A DNA stretch of 60,350 nt, counting the filler, from Sphacelaria rigidula (taxonomy: Eukaryota): assembly GCA_964200075.2 (NCBI GenBank). It is 5 parts of 5 records of this genome, joined end to end, with 100 filler letters (N's around TTAATTAATTAA, not from the genome) between each part and the next. Parts side by side here need not be neighbours in the genome. Positions count along the whole stretch, not along the records: positions 1 to 11,992 come from CAXNAA020004265.1; 4 more parts are not named here. One strand, given 5' to 3'. This document shows positions 1-12,092 of this stretch, in pieces. Position 1 is the stretch's first letter, and every line of letters starts with the position of its first letter. The notes beneath the pieces were generated by a model that was not told the DNA's origin, ran no database searches, and was given only the letters and a program-made list of their open reading frames with translations. Made by a program: the position numbers and the translations under genes.

Positions 1-2079
1 CCAACTCTAAATGTATAAAAGAGCATGGGCCTGCAAACTTCAAATCCGCCTCTAGGCTGGCCCAGCTCGTACTGTACAGCACTGCACTGCGTTGTACTCT
101 ACTGTACTGTGCGTTTCAGTTCGACTTTGTCGATCTATGAAGACAATTCATGCCCAGGGTGGACCATCTGTTGAATTGGCATATTTTAATCTTGAACAAT
201 GAACAAGGATGGACATACAGTGCAGCCGTAAGCAGCATGGTAGTGTGTGTGTGTGTGTGTCATACGCGCAGGATGTCTTGTAGGTTTTTCTTCGGAGCAA
301 CCGACCGGTACTTCCTTTCTGCCTGGCTTGCTTGATGTTTCCATCAGGAAGAGCCGGGACACTTTTTTGGACACATTCCCGTATGTTTTTCGACCGATGA
401 GCACATCCAACTTCACGTACCTTCGTCCGCATCTTCGTCCGGGTCGTTGACGCTTCACCAAGGCATGTAGCTAACCATGCGAACGGACAAATCGATCTAT
501 CAGCTTGTGAGGGTAAGGGGGTCAAATACCAAGGCTTTCATTCGTCGCCTTTCTCGGTGACGGGGTTACTGAAGAAGCACAAAGACAAGCGCCGAGCCAA
601 ACGAACCTCAGTACTGTATGGCCGCTCGTTTCTCATGTCTTCGGCCATCCGCAAGCACAGTGAGAGGCGACACAAGCACACACGCACACACGCACAGCTC
701 CTGACACTGTAATGGTATTTGGAGGGACTGGTCTCGATGAGGTACAGTCATCTGTTGGGCGTATATGGCTCGGATTAAAAGCAACGTTTGGATATGAATA
801 TTTGATGATTGCGCCGTTGAGGGACGCGAATTTCTTGGAAAGATTCAGATTGACGTCCGGATTTTGTACAGCGGTTGTTAAAGGGGTTCATGTTGCATGG
901 TCGAATGGGTCCGTTTGCATATGGCATATTCATGGAGAGGACCTAAATAAATGTTCGTACACAATGGTTGGTGGGAAGCATGATGGAATATAAACTAACA
1001 CTAACACTAACCCCGACCCAAGGCGCACAAGACCCTCGGGCAAGGAGGGTGCAGAGATTTCCACAGGCAAACTGTGCATTGGCAGACCTGAAATCGATGC
1101 CGCAGGCGAAGATTTCGACAAAAACACGTTCTGGACGAGCTGGGTCCACTGCTCACCTGCCCCAAACCATAATGTTCCTCAGAACTTTCTCAAGTCTAAA
1201 ATCAAGTAGTCATCCCTGCCAACCGTTGTGTTTGAACATTTCTTCAGGTCTACTACTGTGTTCACGTGCACTACGGACAGTATTCCCGGAACGTTTCCTG
1301 ACACGCTGGTACGTATTGTAGTAAGAATATACCCTGCCTGAAAGACTTCACCCTCTTTGGAATCCATTGACGATTTTTGTTTATGTGAATCGACATCATG
1401 TTTTAGTCATTTTCAAGTCAAAATGATGCCCCTTCATAAAAACAAGATCGTCAATGAGTTCCGGAAGGGTTAGTGCCGCCAGGCATATGCTCAGGTCCTT
1501 GTGCGTTCCCTCACGCGTTTTGCAATCACGGAGCTTCTACGTTGTATCGTTCTATCCTTCGATCGCTCGTATCGTACCGAGCCCCCGCAGGTATCACGTA
1601 CCGAGCCCCTGAAGGTGTCACATCTCCTACCGGCAGGGTGGCGTGCGAGGTGACGCGTACGGTACCTCCGGGCATTACTTCGAGAAAATGTCGTCCTTTC
1701 GTTGATCGGTCAAGATACTTGATCAATTATCAGAACCACCTACCTTTGGCACGATTGATCGACGCTGGCGTAATAAATCTGTTTGCGACTCGAAAATTGT
1801 CACAGCCGTACGTTGTCGTGGCTGTGAATGAGAAAACGACATTACTCCTCCATCTACGTTGAACAGCCCCCTCCCGACCCTGTTTTTCGTTTGAGGGCAG
1901 CATGTATCATTCTGACGCCTCTTGTTCTCGAGAGCTGCAAGCCAGGAGAGCTTACGCCAACTTGTTGCCAACTTTTCCACGGTTGAAACATACTCGAGTT
2001 TTGGCGTTAGACTCCCAGATTAATCCATTCAGAGGCCTGATGATCCGAAGTGCTCACGGCGTTCCCGGTACGAGATTCC

Positions 2080-2720
2080 ACTCGAAACGACGCCTACGGC
2101 CGGTCCTGATTTGAGCTGTGCTAACGCACACTTTGCGGGGTACTTCATTTACCCCCTTTGCCCGAGAGTTCTCGGTCTATCCTAGGTTCGGTTGAGGGTC
2201 AGCATGAAAATATTGAATATATCAACCGTGGGAATTTTAGGACGATATTGCGCAAAGTTCACTACTTCAAGCCACAATTCGATCATGCTCAAATGCCGTG
2301 CTAGCATTGTCAAATTCGCGCCTCACAACGTTTTTTCTCTGTTGCTGCTGACGAGGCTACTTGATCAGCCGCCTTGGCTTTCAACGGTACAGCTTCGATG
2401 ATCAGATGATCAAATGGCACGCTCGGGTATCTCTATCTGCATGAGCTAGAGGCCGGTGCCGAGGGGAGTCGCATCTGGCTACGTCCTGGAGAACAACTTG
2501 AGACTCTTACAGGAGAGCGGCTCTAGCTGGATATCAATCCCTCTCCACGCCCAAGCCACCAAATGACTACTTAAAAGGTCTTGGTGTGTTGATTCCGAAT
2601 TGCGCCGCCCTTGACATACTAAATAACCTCCGATATCTACTTCGAAGGTACTATACATGGACTCAAACTTCGCACGACTCTCTCGAGGTGAGCGCGTATG
2701 AAAAATGCTGTCTACCTTGC
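2080..2720 (-). mobile_element. Highly decayed Ty1/Copia RT-RNaseH relic
   Basis: Minus-strand fragments YRRLFSM..TPRP, AVPLKAKAADQVASSAATE and RELSGKGVNEV..STAQI occur in the order of the Copia motifs YRxLVG..TRPD, AVSWKSKRQ..VAxS..EAE and RELVExG..T..Q. Many stops and frameshifts. Confidence 0.4.
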
Positions 2721-3020
2721 TGCGTCATGGTTCGTGGACGGGGTGCTGGTGTCCATCACTCTGCAACATTAACACAGTTCCGCTGTCACTATAGACACAG
2801 TTCTTCCGATTGTTCTGTCAACGTTTGATAACACTGCTACTGCCACCATACGACAGCTTGCGGGTAGCAATCTCGTCCGAAAACCAGCCTTCCTCCAAGA
2901 AACCCCGTGAAGTCAAGCACGCATGTGCGTACATGTTGTAGCTGGTTTTGATCCTGTTAGTTGGTTATTTTCTGTGTTGACCATGATCCCATGCTCGGTG
3001 CATTTTTGCCGCGTTGTTAG

Positions 3021-6000
3021 GCGCCGTTGCCCTACAGGGTGGAAAATTGACCATCAGTGGCGACAACTCACTCTTCGCGGGCAACACTGCGGCAGTCAGT
3101 GGAGGTATGCGGCCCTTGTCCATTTTACTTTGTTATTTTTGTCTTTCACCTTTTCCCTTTTTTTTGAGTTTCCTTCTGCGGGTGTTCACGTTTTCGTCTA
3201 CCTTCGGTACGTCTATCTTGTAACGGCGAGTGGATTTCTGGGGCAACGGGTGGATGTCTCGGGCAACGGTCAAGGAGCAACAATGGATAAATAGATCAAT
3301 CCATCAATGCGCTGTCATTTTCGGAACTTGACGCCGTCGTCATTGGAGCAGGGGGCAGTGTTCGGTTGTTGGCCCGTCAACTATCGGTGTGAGGACTGTG
3401 AACTGGACACGCCTGCTATGCGCACCAGTACATGCATGCACGTGATTTATCAAAGGGGATGCCGACGGTAACCTATCCCACTTATGCATACGTTTAAGGT
3501 CTGCTTTTTCGAATAGAGCCGAAATACACACTACAATACAGGAAGATAATCTTGTTTCGAAAGGGGTTTTTCTATGGTGCCATGGCAGCCCTGGCTCGCA
3601 GCTTTGCGATGCTGTGCACGTCGTAATGGCTTCGGAGTATCAGCGAGGACGTTCTTTTCACCGACGTTTTTGTTTCAAGTTCGATACTGCATTATCCGAG
3701 ATGGTTACGATGCGCTCTCCATACAGCGAAATAGCGATTTCTTTAAACAATCGCGACCGAGACGAAATGGCTCGATCCAGAGCGGAGCACTGTCTAACAG
3801 AGTGCACTCCATTGATATGCGCGTTTTCCCTGATTTCATACAAGACGTCGCGCCTGCTATTGCCCCCGTTTACTCGGGACAACAGGTGCTATTTCCCTCA
3901 GAGGAGCAAGTGCAGTTAGCATAAGCGGTACGTCGATATTCGAGCACAACGGAGCTATCGGGAGCGCCGGTGGAGCGTTGTACGGCGTTGGGTGTCCGGA
4001 GATGTCAGTGACTCAGGCTATTTTCAGAAACAATTCCGCTTTGTGGGGAGGAGCCATTGCTTTGTTTTCGTGTGGCGAGCTTGATAGTTACACCGGCATA
4101 CAGCCCGTGCGTACCTCTAGATGCACGTTTACCAACAACTCCGCCAGCAACGGGGGCGGATTCTTCAGCTCTTCCGGGTATGACGAGGTACTTGACTCGC
4201 AATTCACAAGCAACTATGCAGGTAAGATGCCGGGAACGATCTCTATTTTTTTGGCAGCGCAATCGTAAGCAGCATCGTGTTGAGGGATCCTTCTTGTGGG
4301 GACGGGGCGTTTCGAATCGTTTGTTGCGCGGAGGGATCACTACGTAGTGTCGATGAAAAACAAAACAGTTTGATGCCCATTGTGTCATCACAGCGCACTC
4401 GTGATCCTCTCTGGGAGCGGACCCCCACTAACCAGGGGTGTAACCCGTTGACTACGAGCGGTGGTCCATTCGTGGATTGGCATCAATTTCACTCGTTTTG
4501 CAGGTAAAAATGATGCCGATTCACGATGGAACCCCACCCCTGATTAGTGGGGGTCGGGTCCCAAAAGGGTTAACGTTGCCCCACCACGTTTTCCAGCCCC
4601 ATGCAGGCGTAGAGCAAGTATGTGGCTTGATGTGACGAACCCGTGAGCCCCCTTTCTCCGTGCAATCAAACATACTCCTCCCCATCGCAAGATCACTCAG
4701 TTGTCTGCTCATCAACAGCTCGCTCTCATTCCTCGCAAACGGGTATGTTTTTGGATTTTTGCTTACAGTGACCCACTGCTGCTTTGCGCGATGTATCGTA
4801 ACACAGCCATATCGGGGGGGGCGATAGAACACACTGGCGTGTTATCGGCCATCAACGACACCGTGTTTGAGGCCAACGTGGCCGGAGAAGAAGGCTGTGC
4901 CGTCATGAGTATCGGACCGCTTTTTGACATGAAACACGTGACTTTTACGAACAACTCGTTGCACTGCCCCGCCGGAACATACGGGTACGACGACGTCATC
5001 GAGGTGATCCAAGTAAAACACGCGTTGCCCGAAAAGATTTGGCCCCGTCTTGTCGCACGTCTTGTGTGGCGCTCCAGGCTTCCCGATTAGTGTTGTCAAC
5101 CCATGCCATCCATTCTGAACGCCAGCGTACACCTTTCAGAGTCTTTGGGCGCATCAGCCGGGGTCTCACAGGAGCAAGGCCAACCCAGCAGTTTTTCTTT
5201 TGTTTTTTAGTTCTCCACCTTCCTTCTGCGATGCTTCCCTATTTTTTTATCGCGAGAGGGGCTCAGCGGTCCCTTTCCGTCGTCGACCGTGAACTCGAAT
5301 GTCGTGTTCTCACGACATGGTCGCTCTCCATTGTCGTTTATGGTGTGAGAATAAATCCCAGATCGCGAGGCCGCACCGAGATTAGAACCTACGACCCGAC
5401 CGTCAAAACGTGTCGAGGTTACCAACTGAGCCACCGGGGTGATCGGCAACGATTTGAAAACGTCAATTCTTGGTCAAGATCTGTGGCTGTACAGCCAAAT
5501 TGATTATGTTGGAACCCCAATGTCTCCCCCATGCTGTTTGTGGAACTGACTAGGGTGTGGAGGCATGCCGTTTTCAGCACGTGTGCGCAAGATGCTCAAG
5601 TGACGGAAAGTGTAAAAACACCGGCGACGGTGTTGTCATCGATAATCCAACAGCTATCCCCGTCTGTGAAGTTGCCCCGGAAGGCACCAACACTTCTGAC
5701 AACGGGGTAACGCTTGGGACACTGAAATTGCTGCCTGGTTATTACCGGACAGCAGGCGATAGCCCCGACGTCGTCAAATGTCACCGACACGCGGCTTGTA
5801 TGGGTGGGGCAGAGTCCAGCGTATACTGTGCCGTTGGTTACACGGGCCCATGTGAGATATGCCACACGTGAACAGAACAACTTGTGGCTGTTTCAGGTTT
5901 TGATCTATAGATAAACCCACGTTTTACAATGTAGAACATGGGACATTCTACATGATGAGCGTCTCCTCAACCTTTGAGAAATATTTCCCAACCTGGCAGA

Positions 6001-9000
6001 GCACCTGCATAAGTTCGAGGAAGATACTCCAGAGTGCAGAATTCCTGCATACGTTTGAGAAAAGCTGCTGTATACTGGCAGATGTATGTCAACGTCTCGA
6101 ATTGACTTTGTTCTGTTCCGCCGCTGAAAATAGAACTGCATTACTTTGCGTCCCTGACAGCTCTTCAACGGCCCGCAGAACCATTTTTGACGCCAGCCTT
6201 TTGCCTGATTTACAAGCTCACGCTGAACCTGGGATGTGCACAGGCACGGAAGGCACGAACTATCTGCCTAATCATAGTGTTCGGGGCTCCTTTTTTGCTG
6301 TCGTGCAAATGCAGTGCATGTATTTATCTTCACATGTTTGCACATCAGAAACAGCCTTGGAGAATGTCATGTATGCCCTTTCTTGAAACAGTGGTGCGTA
6401 ATATCCGCCGCATCCCAATCTCAAATTTCAATCTCAACTATTAATAACTGCCGGATATCTGACAGTCATGTTCGGGGAGGCTGTTGAAAATTGGCAGAAC
6501 ACCTATCAACGTTTTGGGAAGTTGATGTAAGCTGATGGAGGTTCTACGTATATGGGGCACCTATGCTCTAGGGTGAGCCATTGCTCTATATTCTGCCGTG
6601 CGTGCGAGACATGCGATGCAATCGGTACGACACCCTGCGTTCGAGCGGTAATCAGCATAACAGATCACGTACTGCTTTCAGTCAAAGTTTGATGGATTCG
6701 CATCCACCGAGTTCTTGCAGCGTTTGGTGTTTCCGTCCGGGTAGAACACAAATACGTGCCAGAATCCTGTCGATCCTGAAGGACGTGACAGCCCCGCGGT
6801 AAAGTGTAGCTGGGCATTCTGAACTTGACCGATTCATTGGACCGTCACATGTCGTGTTTAGCTTGATCGAGGAGGATAGGAAAGGACTCGGAAGCGATTC
6901 GAAGTTCAAAAGGATACGCCAGTTGGGATCTTTCGTCGGTTTTCGTAAATATTTGGTTCTCCTCAACTATATCGATACGGTCGCTCCAGCCGGTTTATCG
7001 GCATCCCCGAGGGATGCCAGAGCGCAGAAACCTGTCCTGGTTTAAACCGAGTTTATGTCCGAGCCGCTTCGGAGAGCGGGCTTCGTTACCCCCATCTCAC
7101 CTTGAAGACTGTTCAGACAGTATCGTATGTGGGCCCAGCATATCGCAGATTTCACCTCTGTCTTGTGCTTGTCTCCCGTGTTTGATGCCCACCTATGACT
7201 GTACATATCCCTCTATTCTAACCACAACCCTCATCGCTCATGAATTTGTATTGCCAGATTGTGCGGCCTGTGAAGACGGCTTTGTGCAGGGTTTTCGGTA
7301 CAGTTGTCACAGCTGCGCAGGACAGGAGCGCACCGCGGCAGGCTGGGTGGTGGCCGTGATTTCTCTATTGATACTCCTGGCGTTATTGGTAAAAGACCTC
7401 ACCAAGGTAGTTGATTGCGATGGTTCCGATGGACGGAGATGGCGATGTCAGAGAATCCTCTCGAAGATCTCCGACGAGATCTCGTCATCCCTTCCTGTCA
7501 CAGCAATCAAAATTGTGCTCGTGGTATGGCAGATACTTACTCAGGTGAGGGAACAGTGGATTCTTTCCTTATTACCCAGCGATGTGGTAGATAAGGGGGC
7601 ACCAGTCAAGGGCGGAGCTGGGAATCGTGCCTTCTTTGACTTGAGTAGTGCACCGTCGACTCTCACACTATTTACCTCCGGGGTCGTATGTGTCGTCACT
7701 GCCGCTTCATTTGTGCCCACCTGCTACACAGTTCGCGGAAATTTCAGGGGTGGAGTATCCTGCCGCGTACGGGGAGTTCCTCGCCGCCTTGGATCTCATC
7801 AACTTAAACATCGGCACTATCCTGTCGTTTTCGTGCGTGATGGAGGTCGATTTCTTCGACACCCTCATCTTCGCCACCATCGGTCCTATCCTGCTGCTTG
7901 GAATGCTGGTCGGAACGTACGCCGTTGCCAGGAACCGAAACCACGCTTCCCACGAGGCCATGGTCATGGTTTGGGACAGACATATCTCGCTCGCGATATT
8001 TTTGCTATTTTTCGTGTATTCCTCGGTGTCTCACACAGTATTTTTGACGTTTTCATGCGACGGAAGCTTGGACGATGGAGTTTCCTACCTTCGAGCAGAT
8101 TACAGTGTAACATGCGGATCGCACAGGCACACCGCCTTCCGAGTATACGCCGCGGTAATGATCCTGATATACCCCGTGGGAATCCCGGCCATGTTCGCTT
8201 GGTGGCTCATCCGCGATGACAAGGACCTGAAGGATGAATCTGGTCGCACCATGCCGCATCTTCAGCCTTCCAGAAACCTTTGGGAGCCGTACAAGCCCTC
8301 TGCCTATTGGTATGAGCTGGTTGAGTATATCCGCCGAATATGCCTCACGGGTTTGTCGGTGTTCATATACCCCGGCAGCGCCGCTCAGGTGAGCATCCAT
8401 TCGCAAAGACAATGGACATGGGGACATAAGAAAGTAAAACCTTGCCACGAGGTTTGCGACGCGGCATATGAAGTGTGAGTTGTTGCGTTTCAAATCGGAC
8501 TTTCTGCATCCATTTGTCGTGCAGCACTGCATCTACACGCACCGACTCAAAGTTTAAACGGGCAGGGTTCCGGGGATTCACCAATCGCCATGCACGCAGG
8601 TTGCCGTCACTCTGCTTCTCGCCTTCGTGTTCACAATCGTGTCGGAGACCCTGGCGCCGTTCAAGGAGCGGATAGACATGTGGCTGTACCGCAGCGGTAC
8701 GTGCGTCATTTTCGCCAGGTAATACACTACAAACTGTACCTGTGGTTGAGGTTCGGAGTTAAAGCCACGGTTGGGTTGATGGATCTAATTACAAGAATAG
8801 GCAGTATGCATTGCTGTAGACAGGAAAATCCATCTTTCGACAAGAGCTCAAATGGTATTCGATTCCGCCCCCGCCCCCCATGCTCCACACTCGCTTCTCC
8901 TACATGCGATGAGCGACAGATAACTGCTGAGGTCGAATATTCAGTCGAAAGCCTGTCGCTTGACGACACGATGTAACTTGCGTTGTCGAGGGGAGAGATG

Positions 9001-9492
9001 AAGTAGGAGAAAAGGCTGACGCGCCACGTTGTTCCAAAGAAGGCACTGATCGTTGTGGGGCCAATTCATTCAGCATTCAACTTCCTCACCCTCAGCTCCA
9101 ATAGTTTTGATCCCCGCTCCTCGTATCCGACCCACAACCCTCGACCCCGGCACCCGTTATCCTTCAGTATGTATCTGGCCCTTTTGCTCAAGGTGGATGT
9201 GTCCGACGAAAACAGCGACAGTCAAGAAGCCTTCTCCGCAGTGCTGATCTTGGCAAACGTACTTCTGCTTGCAACTGTCATGTTCGAGGGAGCGCTGGCG
9301 ATATTTGGAAATTGGCGGGCGCAGAAGGAGCAGGAGATTGCCCTCGTTGAAGGGCCCACCAGACGCCAGCGGTCAACGGATAGCTGCGGCGTGTTGGATC
9401 TCGACGAGAGTGTGACAGGAGCTTCCGGACGTGACGGGTCAAACTTGACAATTCCGGCCGTAAATCCTGGTAACGTGTACAGATTCGTTTGA
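3021..9492 (+). CDS. Polymorphic-membrane-protein-like (parallel beta-helix repeat) plus Cys-rich plus multi-pass transmembrane protein; 5'-partial, 8 exons
   Basis: Exons 3021-3104, 3886-4221, 4807-5003, 5554-5851, 7258-7544, 7732-8388, 8600-8718 and 9168-9492 all have AG/GT ends and compatible phases, giving one open frame to TGA at 9492. GGA(I/L/V) and FxxN repeats (FAGNTAAVSGGAI, FRNNSALWGGAI, FTNNSASNGGG) are followed by a Cys-rich part (CPAGTYG, LLPGYYR, CAVGYTGPYCAACEDGF). About 8-9 hydrophobic segments follow (KIVLVVWQI, YLRADYSVTC, LIYPVGIP, YWYELVEYIRRICLTG). Confidence 0.9.
4402..4573. mobile_element. Short MITE with about 40-bp imperfect terminal inverted repeats (intronic)
   Basis: Left GGGAGCGGACCCCCACTAACCAGGGGTG is the imperfect reverse complement of right CACCCCTGATTAGTGGGGGTCGGGTCCC. 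The right end is AAAAGGGTTAA. A similar end starts near 59400. Confidence 0.7.
5085..5439 (-). mobile_element. tRNA-derived SINE (intronic)
   Basis: The minus-strand head at 5439-5368 has Pol III box A (TGGCTCAGTTGG) and box B (GGTTCTAATCT). The body recurs at 34620-34905 and 35068-35345. Confidence 0.75.
6230..6950 (-). mobile_element. Decayed Ty1/Copia RT-RNaseH relic (intronic)
   Basis: Minus-strand YRGAVTS..LARICVLP..QEL, ANPS/LKAVRDLL and CKHVKI follow the order of Copia RT C-terminal and RNaseH motifs. Interrupted by stops. Confidence 0.4.
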
Positions 9493-10349
9493 CTGCGGAA
9501 TTCATTGCAGACAGCCATATCCATCTACTTCTTGTGCGGTGCACAGGCGGAGCCACACATTCCCTGCGTTCCTTGCGTTGCGTAACATTGTGAAAACAGC
9601 GGAGCCGATGTTCGGGTTTCCTATTACCGCATGTCCTGCACGTTATTTTGGTGCTCGCTACTGCAGGGTTTAGGATTTGAACTGTGTTGATGACAGGTGG
9701 TCCAGAGGAAGGCTAGAGGTTGTGAGGTGTGCTGAGTATACGCATGTAAGTACTGCCGGAAAGGCAAAGGAGGACGTACGTAATGAGGCACTGGATTCGG
9801 ATGTAGCCCTTCATGACAAAAGTTGATGGGTTAATGATGGGGTAAGAGAAGGATTTTTTCGAAACAACTGTCATGACGACATTCGAGGCGGAATGTGATC
9901 TGTCATGTATCTGGACAAATGATGTAGCAATGTATACATTTCGAGGTGCCCACAACGATTGGTGGAGAACGAAGCTCCACTTCACCTTTCGAGGTTCTGG
10001 CGTCGAATACATGGTGCGGTAGGGCGAACGGATCGAAATGAGCACCGGTAGCGCAGTCGGGATTCGCTTTTCGGATTGTTTTTTCAAAGTAAAATCTCGG
10101 AACGACTCTCAACAAAAACTCTCGAAAGTAGCGCTAATTTCAAACAAGACGCTGCTGCTGCATCCTGAAATGCCCGATGAATCGACACGAGAATTTGCCA
10201 CCAACCTTTTTTTTTCGCCCTCGATTACGGATTCACAACAGCTCCATACGGCCCAAATTCGACAAGTCCAAGTTTCCGTGGTTACGTGAGAGTTTGCCCA
10301 GGCGGTGTGACGCTCTTGGGGTAGTAAATGCAACAGATTGACGGCAATT

Positions 10350-10525
10350 CCCCTACCGTCGCGAACAATGGTTTCGTGAGATTGAGAGTATAGGGTACAA
10401 TTGAGGGTAAGCGGTTAATTGATGAGTGAAACAGTTTCAGTTCCGAAATGCCCTTTCGGGCCTTGTATACGCTTTCTGTAGTAGCTTACCACTGAAAACA
10501 ATGCTTTCGTGAGATTGAGAGTTGA
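10350..10525 (-). mobile_element. Probable LTR-end plus PBS relic
   Basis: The motif TGNTTTCGTGAGATTGAGAGT occurs at about 10369, 10502 and 48218. On the minus strand the first copy is followed by PBS-like TGTTCGCGACGGTAGGG, similar to the PBS at 37860. Confidence 0.4.
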
Positions 10526-11394
10526 AGATCCAATTGACAGCGACCAGTTTATTCGAACGGCGCTAACGGGGACCCTCAAATTTTTCCACGACACTTTGGG
10601 CTGTAGCATTATAGAGGTATCTCAAACTCGGCTCCCGGTATCCTGGTTTGTTTTTTCTATTTTTTCAAGTGAAGTAATGCCGATTCATCAGATGATGAAA
10701 TCCGTTGACCGCCAGGTCAGGTCATTCTATGAATCGCGATCACTTTCACTTGAAAATATAGTCCACAACTCAGAGCCAGCGAATAAACCAGAATACCGGA
10801 AGCCGAGTTTGAGATATCTCTAACACGAGGCTAGTCGACCGTTGGAGCAAACCTACTCAAACTTTGAGTAGAGTATTTGTTGCTCCATTCCCCGTCCTCC
10901 AACGAAGGCCATGACCGGCCTTGTCGGTACGGCGTGGGCAGGGTATTTTCGGCGGGTGTAGGGCCGGAATCACCTCCAAGGAATGATTTCTTCTCACTGC
11001 TACCCTTGGCCAAGGCTGTGGTGTGGTGGTAGAGTTGGGTCAACACGGTGCTCATCAGGCACACCCACCCCTTGTAGTACAGCGGTATAATATATCGAAA
11101 CCTGAGTGCAGGCATATCCTGCGTTACAAGCAGTATAATGTGTCAACACCTTGCGTGCGGGCATGTTGGGATACGGTGTGTGCGCGGAGGCAGTTGGCAC
11201 CGCTGTTGAAAGCTGGCACACACACCCTTGATACAAAGGANNNNNNNNNNCGTGTGCCGGTGTGTAGACTGGCTTCGACGACAAGGATGGTTAGGACTGG
11301 TTGAGCCTCCTGGACGAGACACTTACTACGGACCAGCACCAGAGTGTAAAATGAACAGCAGTAGACCTAAAGAAATGTTCCACACCCTGGACAA

Positions 11395-11730
11395 TACAAG
11401 ATGTTTCCAATATATATTAGTCGATCATATTGGAATTTTGCGATATATTGCCGACGTAATATATATATCGGTACCCTTGGACTGCAAACGTATTGCGCGC
11501 CCAATATATGTTGATGTCGTGGGACTTCATACATATTGCCCGCCCAATATATATTGGTACTGTGGGGTTGAACACAAATTGTCCCATCAGTATATATTGG
11601 GGCAGCGTGGGCGACAGCATATTGGACGACCAATATATATTACGGTCGCATTGATGAAAACATATTGACCGGTCAATATATTGGGTCTGCGTGGGTGCTA
11701 ATGTATTGGCCGGTCAATATATGTTGGATA
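11395..11730. repeat. Array of degenerate palindromic CCAATAT(AT)ATTGG motifs
   Basis: Repeated CAATATAT and ATATTGG half-sites, with a perfect CCAATATATATTGG at about 11544. Confidence 0.7.
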
Positions 11731-11992
11731 TTACAATTATGATGTACGCTTGAAGAAAGGCAGACGCGATGGATGCCGGAGCCCGTCCAGATGGGAAAAG
11801 CTTCAAAGGGAGCCGCAGAAGTCCGCGTCCATTACTACGGACGGTTGTTGAATGCGCTGACATATCCTATCCTATCCTATTTCCTATATTTCCTATATTC
11901 CTATCATCAATATTATTATTAGCGAAAATGATGCCCCGCTCGATACTGGGATCAAGTGACCAAAATGATCCCCCGCTCCAATACTGGGATCA

Positions 11993-12092
11993 NNNNNNNN
12001 NNNNNNNNNNNNNNNNNNNNNNNNNNNNNNNNNNNNTTAATTAATTAANNNNNNNNNNNNNNNNNNNNNNNNNNNNNNNNNNNNNNNNNNNN
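11993..12092. other. Artificial assembly linker (N-run + TTAATTAATTAA + N-run, 100 nt)
   Basis: Identical 100-nt spacer with stops in all six frames, repeated at about 12.09-kb intervals. Confidence 0.98.

Noticed and set aside
1000..1400. Penelope GIY-YIG-like fragment on the minus strand
   Set aside because: Only a vague REH..H..DF..KVL resemblance, with no GIY or YIG motif.
5368..5439. tRNA gene
   Set aside because: It has boxes A and B but no clean cloverleaf, and it is fused to a repeated body, so it is a SINE head.
7014..8478. ORFs 7014-8219 and 7648-8478 as separate genes or a frameshifted gene
   Set aside because: They are explained by two exons (7258-7544 and 7732-8388) separated by a GT-AG intron.
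12037..12048. TTAATTAATTAA as a biological motif
   Set aside because: It is an assembly spacer embedded in Ns and identical at all four joins.
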